This document shows positions 1 through 11,948 of a stretch of DNA of 64,000 nt, in pieces; position 1 is the first letter of the stretch; every line of letters begins with the position of its first letter. A model generated the notes under the pieces. The model was given only the letters and a program-made list of their open reading frames with translations. It was not told the DNA's origin and made no database searches. A program made the translations under genes and the position numbers. This DNA comes from Octopus sinensis. Taxonomy: Eukaryota. Where the stretch lies: assembly GCF_006345805.1 (NCBI RefSeq), contig NC_042998.1:99448001-99512000 (forward strand), in the 5' to 3' direction.

Positions 1-254
1 TGCAGGGGACTGCAAAATAAATGACACCATTTGTATGAATGGTGAGGCTCTTGTTTACAATCAGTGTGCACATGTCAACAAGGCTGGATACACTTTCACA
101 GTGGACTGCAAACGATAAAGAGTTAGTCATTCTTACAATCAGTTTGCACACATGTCAAGACAAGGGGAAATAAGAACTCACATACACAATCACACGTAAT
201 GAGCTTCCTTCAGCTCCCATCTACCAATTTTACCCAGACAGTATTGGTCAATCA

Positions 255-715
255 ACAACAACAACCCTTTCTACTATAGGTACAAAGCCTGAAATTTGGG
301 GGAGGGGGATAGTCGATTACATCGACCCCAGTACTTAACTGGTACTTGATGTATCGACCCTGAAAGGATAAAAGGCAAAGTTGACTGCAGTGGAATTTGA
401 ACTCAGAACATAGCTATAGATGAAATACCACTAAGCATTTTGCCCGGCATTCTAACGATTCTGCTAGCTCACCACTTTTACAACAATAATAATGGCATAA
501 AATTTTGGCACAAGGCCAGCAATTTTGGGGATGTGTGTTAGTTTAGTTCATCAATTCCAGTGCTCAACAGGTACTTATTTTACTAACTGCAAAAGGATGA
601 AAGGTAAAGTTGACCTCAGGAGAATTTAAACTCAGAATATAAAGACTTGGGGTAAATGCCACTAAGCATTTCGTTTGATATGCTAACATTTTGCCAGCAC
701 ATCATCTTAATGATA
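255..715 (-). mobile_element. Two adjacent tRNA-derived SINE copies (family with GACTTTGCCTTTCATCCTTTCGGGGTCGATAAA core)
   Basis: Same family at 20468-20700, 29548-29960, 35333-35560, 41740-41935 and 54965-55185; A/B-box-like head (GGCGAGCTGGC...GAGTTCAAATTCC). Confidence 0.8.
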
Positions 716-1345
716 GTATAAAAAAGATATGGAATGCTTCACGAATTTACATATCCTTGCTTAGGGCCATGCTTATCTTCTCCGCATTGCTTCAGTTTTA
801 GAATATGTGGTTCCAGGTTCAGTCTTCTACTATAGCTGTGGACCATCCAAAGCTTCATGGGTGGATTTGACAGACAAAAACTGAAAGAAGCCCATTGTAT
901 CTATATTTATCTCTACATATGTGTGTGTGTGTGTGTGCTTGTCCCTATCATCACTTGACCACTGGTGTTAGTTTGTTTTCAACGCTCTAACTTAGCATTT
1001 TGGCAAAAAAAAGACCAATAGAATAAGTACCAGACTTTAAAAAAGTACTGGGGTCAAGTTGTTCTACTAAACACTTCAAGGTGGTGACCTAAATATGTAT
1101 GTATGTATATAAAACCCTCATATCAAATATGCATTGATGAACCTTACACTTCATTCAGAAATCAGAATGTATTTGGATGTGAGTAATTTTCCTTAAAATA
1201 TTTGACTGAAGAATGTGGATCCTTTATTGAAATGCAATATGGAGCTTGTTAAAATATTTAGTTATAGCATCAGTTCATGTCACTGTGATACCAATAACAC
1301 AAAAACAATAAGAAATGAAACATTCATACAAGATAAAGGATTTAC

Positions 1346-1480
1346 CTGTACATTAATGATCCAATAGGTTTCAGGTTTAAATGATTGGATTTTATCATGC
1401 CGCTCCACACAGAAGCCCAATGTAGGTGATTGACAAGGACCATATGACACTAAAGTACTATCCAAATTGCCATACTTGCC
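1346..1480 (-). CDS. TOP3B: TOP3B coding exon 5 (gene continues beyond the left edge)
   Basis: cttttacag|[45 protein letters not shown]|gtaaat; 135 nt; type IA topoisomerase GPCQxPTL motif. Confidence 0.96.
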
Positions 1481-1910
1481 CTGTAAAAGATGCATTCTAC
1501 TTAACAAATCAAATTTAAAATGTTTAATACAAGAATTTTTCATAAGAGGATTATGTTGTTTAATAGATAAACTAGAAGAGCAATTAAGTAAATTAATTAA
1601 TAATTTTAAGTTTCTTCAATCCATAAATGTGAGATAAATTTCTGGAAAGACTATTATAGGTGGAGTTAATATGTTAAGAAAGAAAGGTGGGAAGTCACAA
1701 AAAGAAAATAACTTCTGACACTGGGAAGACAGAGTCTTGGAAATGTTATTATGAAAGGAACATGTGTGGAAAAGAAACTACTTATTCTATGCATACTCAA
1801 CAATTGAAGTGAATGGTTGGTTTGATGATATTTGGTTCTTGAGAAAGTCCTGCATAAATTATTACTGATAAAAGTAAAATTCTGTTCATTTGATTTATAT
1901 TATAATATAC

Positions 1911-2078
1911 CTGAAAGAATTTGGTTTGGAATCGAGTGAAGGCACAACCAACTCGCAGATCTAACTCTTGTCTGGCATCAACTGACATTGCTTCATTCTC
2001 ATTAGGTGTACCCAAGTTATTCATAGCTCGCTTCACATCTGATTCTGTGATAGCACTAAAGTGAGCACGATATATGTT
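1911..2078 (-). CDS. TOP3B: TOP3B coding exon 4
   Basis: ttttttccag|[56 protein letters not shown]|gtatat; 168 nt. Confidence 0.96.
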
Positions 2079-2842
2079 CTGGAAAAAAGAAAATTTATTC
2101 TTAATTTAACACTCATATTCATTTGTAAAAGCTGAAAGGTTAAAATTTTTTTTTAAAATGGAAATAGCTAGATGATGACATAGTTGCAGATTTGACAGCA
2201 TAGAAGCAACATCTCTTCCTTTGACATGGATTCTCTCATGGATAGAATCCATTTCAATGTCCTTTTTAATAAGTGTGAATAAAGAATGTTCAGAAGGCAG
2301 TTCATTTACAACGGAACATTGTAAACTTTATTTAAATAAAACAAATGCTGGCAAGTAGTAACATTGATTAATCTGCATGTGAATGCGTACCAAATACACA
2401 TGTATGCGAGACAGGAAAAATCTCATGACTTACTTCGTACACAGAAGAGTTATGTGGAAGCTGTTGTAAGCTAATAAGAACAAGGATGTACTGCTCATCT
2501 TGAAGCAGAGTTGTAGCTGATATCATTCAAGTGAGTTACATGCAGTTGGTGGTGGACACACCATATTCAGAAATAGTGGCATCTAAGTAGTTATTTCAAT
2601 TTTACGTGTAAAACCCAAATTCTAAAGTTCTACTCCAAATCCAGTTTTAGTTTTCTATTACATATAATTGACATACTTCATTATTTTACTTTATCCATTT
2701 TTTCCAAGCTAGCAGGAGTGGAATGGGTGTTTACAGTCGGATACTTTAACAACATGCATGGGATAGGGAAGAAGATATTCTCTGTCATGTAAGCTGAGGT
2801 AAGCAGAGTTAGAAAATCTAATGAAATACATTTTTGTATTAC

Positions 2843-2956
2843 CTTGTCAGAATTCCTCTTCATAACAGGAAGAACAGCATCAATGACTTCAAAGCAGATA
2901 TTCTCACCTTCTTTATCACAATCCAGCCATAATACTAAGTAATCAGAACCTTTGCC
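2843..2956 (-). CDS. TOP3B: TOP3B coding exon 3 (TOPRIM acidic DxD motif)
   Basis: tcatttag|[38 protein letters not shown]|gtaata; 114 nt. Confidence 0.96.
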
Positions 2957-3934
2957 CTAAATGATAAAATAACATACAAGTTAGCTTCAAAGTAATATGT
3001 GTTAAGAGTCTTAAAAAAAAAAATTTTTTAAAAACACAACTTTGGTAGTATGAAGGGGTAAAAAATAAACTGAATAAAATCCTGTCAACACTGAAAAGAA
3101 ATATTCAATCAATAAATGGGCTTAAAAAGTAATTTTAAAACTTAAATCTTGTGTACCAAGTTTCTTAGGTTACTCAAAGTAAAACAGAGTTATCCATCTT
3201 GTGTGTATTCAGACATGCAGCAGAGAGGGACAGTACCAAACTAAAATTCGTAAATAGCTGCAAACTTCACATGTTGAAACAAAAGTTTTTAGAAGTCAGT
3301 TATACCATTGTTTCTGACTGACTTCTCTTGTAGGCTTATATTTTTAAAAGAAACTAAAACATTCTTTAGAATTAAGAAATAGTTTTATCAGGAGCAACCA
3401 TTAACATCAAATATGTTCCATCATTCAGTGCTGCTCCAAAATGAATCTAAATTCACTTATCTTCTCTCTTTGAGTGTTCCTGCAATATATTGACTTCCAA
3501 CCCTTCAAACTCTACAACATTACGTTAATATTCAATCATTTTGATTCAAGAAGACCTTCAATAAGATTTAAACAATTGCTTTCTTCACTGCAAATGATAA
3601 TGAAAGAAAAAGCGTATATACACAATATATGAATAAAGATGTACATATCCATATGCATTTAGTTTCCTGTGAAATGAGATTTCTGTCATCCTAGATTTTT
3701 ATTTGTAACTGGTAGTATTAGTACTCGAGTAATTAATATCAAACAGTCAACTTTAATGCATTCTCTAAATGAGTTGCACTTGGCAGAAGCTGGTTTCTCT
3801 TTTAATTAGTTGCTCTCTGTTATTTATACTTGGCAAAAGGATAGTAAAACTAGTCAGCTAAATCCTCATTCCAAATTGCCAAAAAAGGAACTTGTGGTCT
3901 AACCCAAGGGCTCTATTCCATAGCTAGATTAGAG

Positions 3935-4298
3935 ATGTATGTCTATGACTGCATATGCATAAAAGGGTAAAAACCCACTTTGGTCATGAACAACCATGGG
4001 TTTGCATCTAAAAGTTCCCTTCCAAAGCACAAGTCCGAGCAAGGTTGTTTATGGAAGACCAGCAGTCGCCCATGCATACCAGCCTCTCCTCTCCATGACA
4101 TTGATGTATCCAAGGGAAAGGCAAAGGCCAATACAGCTTGGCACCAGTGATATCACAACTCATTTCTACAGCTGAGTGAACTGGAGCAATGTTAAATAAA
4201 GTGATTTGCTCAAGAATACAACACAGCCCAGTCCGGGAATCAAACTCACTACCTCATGATTGGGAGCCTGACATTCTAACCACTGAGCCATGCGCCTT
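3935..4298 (-). mobile_element. tRNA-derived SINE, second family
   Basis: Head ggcgcatggctcagtggttagaatg...gagtttgattccc; copies at 42134-42440 (+) and 60290-60595 (-). Confidence 0.85.
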
Positions 4299-4559
4299 CA
4301 CATACACATATATAGTCATTCATAACTGACACTGTTCTCAACTCCCAAAAAATACAATTCAGTACCAACAGTATATAAGTATTCTATGTAAATAAATACA
4401 CACAGGTATGTTTGTGTGATTAAGAAGTTCACTTCACAAACAAATGGTTTTCATTTTGATTCCAATGTGGGTCACCTTGGATAAGCATGTTCTATTATAG
4501 CTTTATATTGCCCAATACTCTGAGGATGAGCATGATAGGTGAAAACTGCAGAAGCTTGT

Positions 4560-6955
4560 CATATATCATCATCGTTTAACATGTTTCCCATGCTGGCATG
4601 GGTTGTACAATTTGACCAAGGTTGAGAGAGCCGGCAGCTGCACCAGGCTCCAATCTGATCTGTAAATATTTCTACTGCTGGATGCCCTTCCTAATGCCAA
4701 CCATTCCGAGAGTGTATTGGGTGCTTTTTACGTGCCACCGGCACAGGAGCTAGTCAGGTGGGCCTGGCATCAATCACGTTTGGATAGTGCCTTTTACATG
4801 CCACCAGCACAGGAGTCAATCAGTGGGTACTGGCATCGGCCACATTCAGATGGTGCTTTTTATGTGCCACCGGCATGGAGACCAGTCACGCGGTCCTGGC
4901 ATTGATCACACTCAGAGGGTGCTTTTTACATGCCACCAGCACAGGAGCCAGTCAGGGGACACGGGCATCGACCACGTTTGGATGATGCATTTTACGTGCC
5001 ACTGGAACGGGAGCTAGTCAGAGGGCACTGGCCACAGTTAATGATTTTGGCTTTGATTTTACTTGATTCAACAGGTCTTCTCAAGCCTATCATATCACCT
5101 GACACATCAAGGGTACTCTTAAATGGGCCAGACATGCAACACTGGCATTGGCCATGGCTGTCATCTAACTTTAGTTGCTGGATCTTCTCAAGCACAGCAT
5201 ATCTCCAAAGGTCTCAATTTCCTGTCATTGCCTCTGTGAGGCCCAATGTTCAAAGGTCATGCTTCAACACCTCATCCCATGTCTTCCTGGGTCTACCTCT
5301 TCCACAGGTTCCTTCCAGTTAGGGAGTGGTACTTCCTCACACAGCTGTCCTCATATGTAACACATGACCATACCAGAGCAGTTGTCTCTCTGGCACATCA
5401 CATTTGATGCTCCTTATACCCAACTTTTCTCTCAGGGCACTTACACTGTGTCGTGTATGCACACTGACATTACACATCCAACAGAACATACTAGTTCATT
5501 TCTTTCAAGCCTACGCATGTCCTCAGCAGTCATGGCCCATATTTCACTCCCGTGTAGCATGCCAGTTCGCACATATGCATCATACAGTCTACCTTTCATC
5601 CTGAGTGAGAGACCCTTAGTTGCCAGTAGAGGTAGGAGCTCCTTGAACTTTGCCCAGGCTATTCTTATTCTAGCCGCTACACTCTCAGAGAAACCACAGA
5701 CTTGATTGCCTAGGTAGTGGAAGCTATTAACTACTTCTAGTTTTTCCCACTGGCATGTGATGGAATCTGTTTACTGTACATCTTCAGTGTTTATTGCTCC
5801 TGTGCATCTGCTTCACACAAAAACTATCTACTCAGTTAACCTTCCTTTGATATTACTGCACCTTTTATGTGTCCATAGCTTACACTGGGTACACTGTATT
5901 GAGTTTCTACCCACGTCTTTTCTACAGATCGAGCAGGGCCATCTACCTGAAGAGGTTTGTGATTTGACAGCCTTCCTACTTACTGAGACTTTGGTTTTGC
6001 CTAGGTTAACCCTAAGGCCTTTTGATTCTAGACCTTGCTTCCACACCCTAAACCTCGTCTCTAGTTCAGCTATTAGAGCAAGGTCATCAGCATAGAGGAG
6101 CTGCCAGGGACAGCCTGTCTTGAATTCCTCTGTTATTGCCTGGAAGACTATAATGAATAAGAGGGGACTGAGGACTGATCTTTGATAAACCCCTACTTCT
6201 ACCTGAAATTCTTCACTATACTTGTTGCCAACCTTCACCTTACTGATAGCAGCCCTGTACAGCTCTTACCAACCACTCATCTATCCCCAGGCTTTCTCCA
6301 AGTCAACAAAAGCCAAGTACAGAGGTTTATCTTTGGCTTGATATTTACCCTGAAGTTGCCTTACCAGAAATATAGCATTAGTGGTACTTCTGCCTGGCAC
6401 AAAACCAAACTGCATCTCATCTAGGCTAACTCTCTCCCTAATTAGTTGGGCTATGACCCTCTCTGTAACTTTCATCACCTGATCCAATAATTTGATACTC
6501 CTGTAGTTATTTCTATCTAAGACATCACCTTTCCCCTTGTAGCAGTTGACTAAGGTGCTGCTACACCAGTCATTGGGTATGACTCCCGATATTTTAAGCA
6601 TCTCAGTGGTGATTCCCAATGGGCCAGGTGCTTTCCCTGTCTTCACATCCTTAATTGCTTTATCTACCAGGGTACTGTCGATTCAGGTAGCTGGTCCCTC
6701 AATTGGGTCAACCTTTGGCAGATTCTCCTCCTCCCATTCATTCTCCACATTCAGCTGTCTTTCATAATGGCATCTCCAAGCCTCTTTTTTGCAGAATCAT
6801 TAAATGCAAGGGCACCATCATCCATGCGGACACATTTCTCTCCTATGACAAAATAGTTTTCTCTCACTCTGTCTTGCAATCTGAAATACTTCAGTTGTTT
6901 GGTCCTCATGTCACTGAACATTGGCAAACTTCTTTTCTGCTATTCCCTTGGCTAT
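4560..6955 (-). mobile_element. Degenerate RTE LINE copy in TOP3B intron 2
   Basis: Broken RT ORFs 5828-6238 (LLYADD) and 6281-6646; 3' tail at about 4560 with a 66-bp repeat array. Confidence 0.9.
4720..5030. repeat. 66-bp tandem array (about 4.6 copies) in an RTE 3'UTR
   Basis: gtgctttttacgtgccaccggcac module at about 4720, 4786, 4852, 4918 and 4984. Confidence 0.85.
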
Positions 6956-7202
6956 GTATGTATATAGACACAGAACAGAGTTCTGTATAAGTATGTGTCT
7001 ATGTGCATTTATAGTCATACCGTCTACACCTTTATCTTCCATAACATAATAGTTGATAAGTATAAATTGATAAAGTAAGTGTCATACCGAAATAAAGCAC
7101 TGGGGTTGATATGATTAAGTAAACCTTTGAGTTGGGTAGAGTGTCCCAACATGGTAACAGTCAAATGACAGAAATCAGCAAAAGAATAAATGTATAATTT
7201 AC

Positions 7203-7280
7203 CTCTTTCTTTAAAAAGTCTGGCATATGAAGATTTGGTGAAGCTTCTTTTTTCACAGTAGGGGCAATAAATAATTCCAC
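7203..7280 (-). CDS. TOP3B: TOP3B coding exon 2
   Basis: ttttactttcag|VELFIAPTVKKEASPNLHMPDFLKKE|gtaaat; 78 nt; follows a 14.0-kb intron. Confidence 0.93.
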
Positions 7281-8047
7281 CTGAAAGTAAAAGAGAGTAT
7301 TAGTTGAATATGTAATTTATAGCATATGATATTAAAAAAAAAACTTTATTCAATTTAATAGCCAAGCTTTCAAACATTGAACTGGTAGATATCTTAAATA
7401 GTCTTGATCATATGTAAGCATTTAAATTAAAGTTAAGGCTGCAATAATGTTAATATAACAATATCATGTCTCGCAGAAATGAATTAATTTAATTCCTTTT
7501 GTTATGAGAACTGTGTCTGACACTTGCAGTGACGAACTGATTCTACATTTTTTCCACCTTCAATATTTAAATCATTGCTTATTTAATTTGCATGATTAAT
7601 TTTTAAGAATCACAACTGTATTATTTATTATCTGCTTGAGATGTATGTCTAACCTAGTGCAGTTCATCATTTCTCATACCCTGATACCAAATGGGAGTTA
7701 CAGTTTTAGTGATTGTCCAAGAAAATTTCCTTGAATGAGGGAGTACCTGATAACTCAAATGCACATGGCTCAAATATAAATTAATAGAATATTTACTTTG
7801 TAGATATTCTTTTAAGCCTACAGCAATATGTGAAACCATTCTCCCAGTAACTTATCATCCATTCTAGATGATATTGCAGTATTTATATAGGTTTATATCC
7901 AATCTTATTAAGCCAAGTACATATGTCATTATCATAGTATCAAAAGGATTTGTCTAACACTAAACATTTCTAGAACATAGTTGTTAATAACTGCTTAATT
8001 GCATCAGCTCCATTGTTTTTACATGTTATTACTTCCAGCCACTCAGC

Positions 8048-8452
8048 CTGGGCCAAATTAAGGCCCATAGAGGCCCTAAGCACTTAGAAGGCTTTGGTGT
8101 CCTCAAGTATATGCAAATGGTTCAAAATGTAAACAATAATAAACCATAAAATAAATTTTTATTTTTCAAAATGAAACAAAATTAACAGTAAAATGGAAAA
8201 TAATGTTTAATTTTGTATGCTCCCACTTATATTTGAACAGTATTCTCCTTCATTTTTTTTTAATTGCAAAGTTTTCAATGATATCGTTAAAATTAATTTT
8301 ACGTAAAACTTCTGCTTCTATACTTGGTAGAATATTTCAGCAAGTTTAAAGGGATTTCTTTCATGCTGTAAACCATTTTCATTTCTGTGGTGCCCCCGTC
8401 CCTTGATGCCCTAAGCACCTGCTTATTTTGTGTAATGGTTAATGTAGCGCTG
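8048..8452. mobile_element. Degenerate hAT-like non-autonomous element
   Basis: Ends ctgggccaaattaa / ttaatgtagcgctg resemble CAGGGCCGGATTAA-type TIRs; internal (g/t)gccctaagcac repeated. Confidence 0.4.
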
Positions 8453-11400
8453 CAGCCAGGGTTATACATCAGCAAAGTATTAAGAACAGTCCTAAATTTG
8501 ACAAATGTTATCAATATACCCTCATTTCAACACCTCAGTTTCTTTAGGCCATGTGTGCACTGTATGAAGCTAATATCAGTTTTATCCTAGCACACTTCAT
8601 ACATCTTACATAGTATTTCACACCTTCACAGTAACCTGGCTATCATATTTCCATTTTTAACCAATTTCTTGTAGCCTCTGGGCCACAATATACACCATTA
8701 TGCACTTCTTTTATCATCAATGTTCTCAAAACATTGGAAGAACAATTAATTCTCGATTACATAAGATACTATCTGATTGTTAATTTACATTTAATTGACT
8801 CAAACAACCTTTATGGCAATGGAACAACAATTGGTTTAATTACTATTTAAACTTTTCTTAATACAGCAAATAATATATAACAGTTTCTACATCATGATAA
8901 ACCATCATCATCGTTACATCCATCCAAAATAATAATATGACTAAATGCCAACAATGATAACGCATCAACTGGTGGTATTTCAGATTTTTTTTTTTTTTAC
9001 ATAAAACATTCCATAATGAAGAACCGTCGTTTGTATGATTTACCTAATAATACATACAAATGATAATTTTGGGAAACCACAGATTTTGCTAAAAATAAAT
9101 TCTAGGACTAATGAATATTTCCAGCCAAACAAAAATGCTACACTCTTTGAATACACCATATAATCACCAAAGTGTCTCTTTCATTATCTAAATTTCTGCT
9201 ATGACCTCTTTTGAGATGTCAACTCTGGACCAATTCTGCACTTTGATATTAACATTAATTTTGTGAAACAATGTAAGAGACAACATGTGAACCAAATAAT
9301 GATCAAATATATAGCATTAGGCATGGCTATGAGGTTAAGAAGTTCACTTTGCAACCATGTGGTTTCAAGTTGAACCCACTGCACTGCACTTTGGGCTAGA
9401 GTTCTCCACAATAGCATCAGGCTGATCAATGTCTTGTGAGTAAATTTGGTAAGTGGAAACTACAGGAAGCCATTTATATATGTATGTGTGTGTGTGTGTG
9501 CACTCAAATGTATGGATACTGACATTCCTTGGTTTCACTTGTTACTACCGGTCATATGATGTTTATCTTCTTTGCCTTATGAGCAGTTGCTGTGTATTTT
9601 GAAGACCAGTGCAATAAAAAAAAAACAAAACAAATCCCTTACTTGAAAAAATAGTTGAGGCAACAGGAAGAGCATCTTGCCTCAAAAACCTTTCATAACC
9701 AAGTCCTCATGCACCCTAGCATGGGAAAATGAACATTAAACAAATATCTCCCATAGAAACTGACATGCCCAAGAAAACGTCCTGGTTGCTTCCTAATCAT
9801 TGATGGTTTTACATTCATAATTCATCCATGTTAGCATAGAATAATGGATATATGATAATGATGAATTCTCATAACTAAACACCGATTCCTTTGTTTGTCC
9901 ACATTCTCCCAAAAGACAATTCACCAATCTTTAACAAAAACATATAATGCAGCAAATTGGCAGAATAGTTAAAATGTTACAGATAAAATATTGCAGTATT
10001 CATTTTGGTTCTCTGTGCTCTGGATTTAAACCCAGTTGAGGTCAGTTTTGCCAATCATCCTTTGCAGGTTGATTCATCCCAATCTCCTTCAAAGAAAAAT
10101 CAGCTGGCATCAGACATAGGAGCAGCCTTAACACTTCTGCTGTGGAGGACAGGTCACTTTCAATATAGCAAGGCACCAAGTATCTTGGTCCTTTGTCATC
10201 TTGTCTGTGTGTGTATGTATATATATATATCTGCATGTGTGTGTGTGTGTGTGCACGTGCATATTTGTATTTGTTACTCCACTACTGCTTCTCAACTGGT
10301 GTTGGTTTGTTTACATCCTGTTAAGTTAGCTGTTTGGTTAAAGACACAGAAAGAATAAGTGCCAAACTTACAAGTTTTACCAATTGTAAGCCATTTTAAT
10401 AGTACATGTTTTTACCCACAAAAGCAACAATTATAATTAGATTTGTATTTGTTTCTATCAACATGTGACACAATATTATAATCAAAGCCATTAATACTTT
10501 CTATATTTTGCTTTTGTTTCAGTCATATGATATATAGAAATATAGAAATTGTAAGTTGTAGAATGAATTCAATGCATGATTTCAACTTTGGATCACTTGA
10601 TTTAATCTATTTTAATGTCTTTCTTTTTATACACATTCAGTTGATTCTATGTCATCTACGAGTCTCATTTGAATTACATCAACTTTGACGGTGTGTTCAT
10701 CAATTCTCATTTTTTTTCAAATTATCAAAAATGAGTTGATTTACCTAATCCTTAAGAAGAACTTTGATTTTGACAATATAAAAATCTGACTCTTTCAGTA
10801 ATCATTAATTTCTTTTGACAATGAACTGATGATATGAGAGATCTTATGTGGCTAAAATTAATTTCTTTGATTGCCAAGAGTTTTATTATAACAAAATTTT
10901 TTCCTGTGGCCATCATACTTTTGATGGAAATAAAATGTTATTTGTTTAGCATCATTAGTCATCATCATCATTTAAAGTTCACTTTTCCATGCTTGCATGG
11001 TCAGATGGAATTTGTTGAGGCAGATTTTCTGCAATCAGAAGCCTTTCTTCTCATCCAACCCTCACCTGTTTCTAAACAAGGTAATATTTTCCCATAGCTA
11101 GAGATGTTTCTCGTGCAACACTGGAAATGAATAACCTTGCTTTTATGATAATGATGCTCATTTAAAACTATTGCATATCTTGACAAAGATACATACAAAC
11201 ACACACATGCATATATAAGCTTCTTTCAGTTTGTCTACGAAATTCACTCAAGGTTTTGGTCAGCTTGGGACTATAGTAGAAGGCATTTACCCAAGTTGTT
11301 GTGCAGTGAAACTGAACTCAAGACCACATGGTTGGGAAACAAGATTCTTAACCTCACAGCCACACCTACACCTATTAGTGCCTAAACTATTTTTGTACTC

Positions 11401-11948
11401 ATAGCGACAAAGCATTGTAGCCAAACTTCTGTTTTATTCAGGTCACTGAGTGCAAGATGATCATCCTGATTTAATATCTGCCAGCAGGGGTTGGACAGTT
11501 CAACAGGATCAAACAAGCCAGAAAACTGCATTGAACTTTAATGTCTGCTTTGGAACGGTCTCTACAGAATGTACTGAGTGAGGTCGCCAAGTAACAAGAC
11601 AAAAAAGTCCCTTCCATATGTATGAATGTAAAACGTATGCAACACTATAATAAAAACAACAATGATATCACATGTAAATATCTAAGTTAGTTGATCCTCT
11701 TAACACTAGTCAGTAGAACAAAGACCTATATTCAAATATCTCAAGCAGTATTTTGTAATTAGGGTAATATAGAAGAATCTGAACCAGCATACTTTTAATT
11801 ACAACTGTTTGCTGCACTTACTAACCCTTTCTTTCAATTAGTATCAAAAGAGTTACCCTGTCAAAGTAATGAAGGGATTGGCATGTCTAAAGTATTCCGG
11901 AATGCTATGAAGAAACTCTGTGTGTGCATATGTGCTTTATGATTTCAA

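Noticed and set aside
1-1345. Next TOP3B exon
   Set aside because: No frame matching the expected ...LDWDRVRVFD... segment; it must lie beyond the window
4720-5030. Regularly spaced repeats resembling a CRISPR array
   Set aside because: Eukaryotic locus; the 'spacers' are mutually homologous, so this is a degenerate 66-bp tandem repeat
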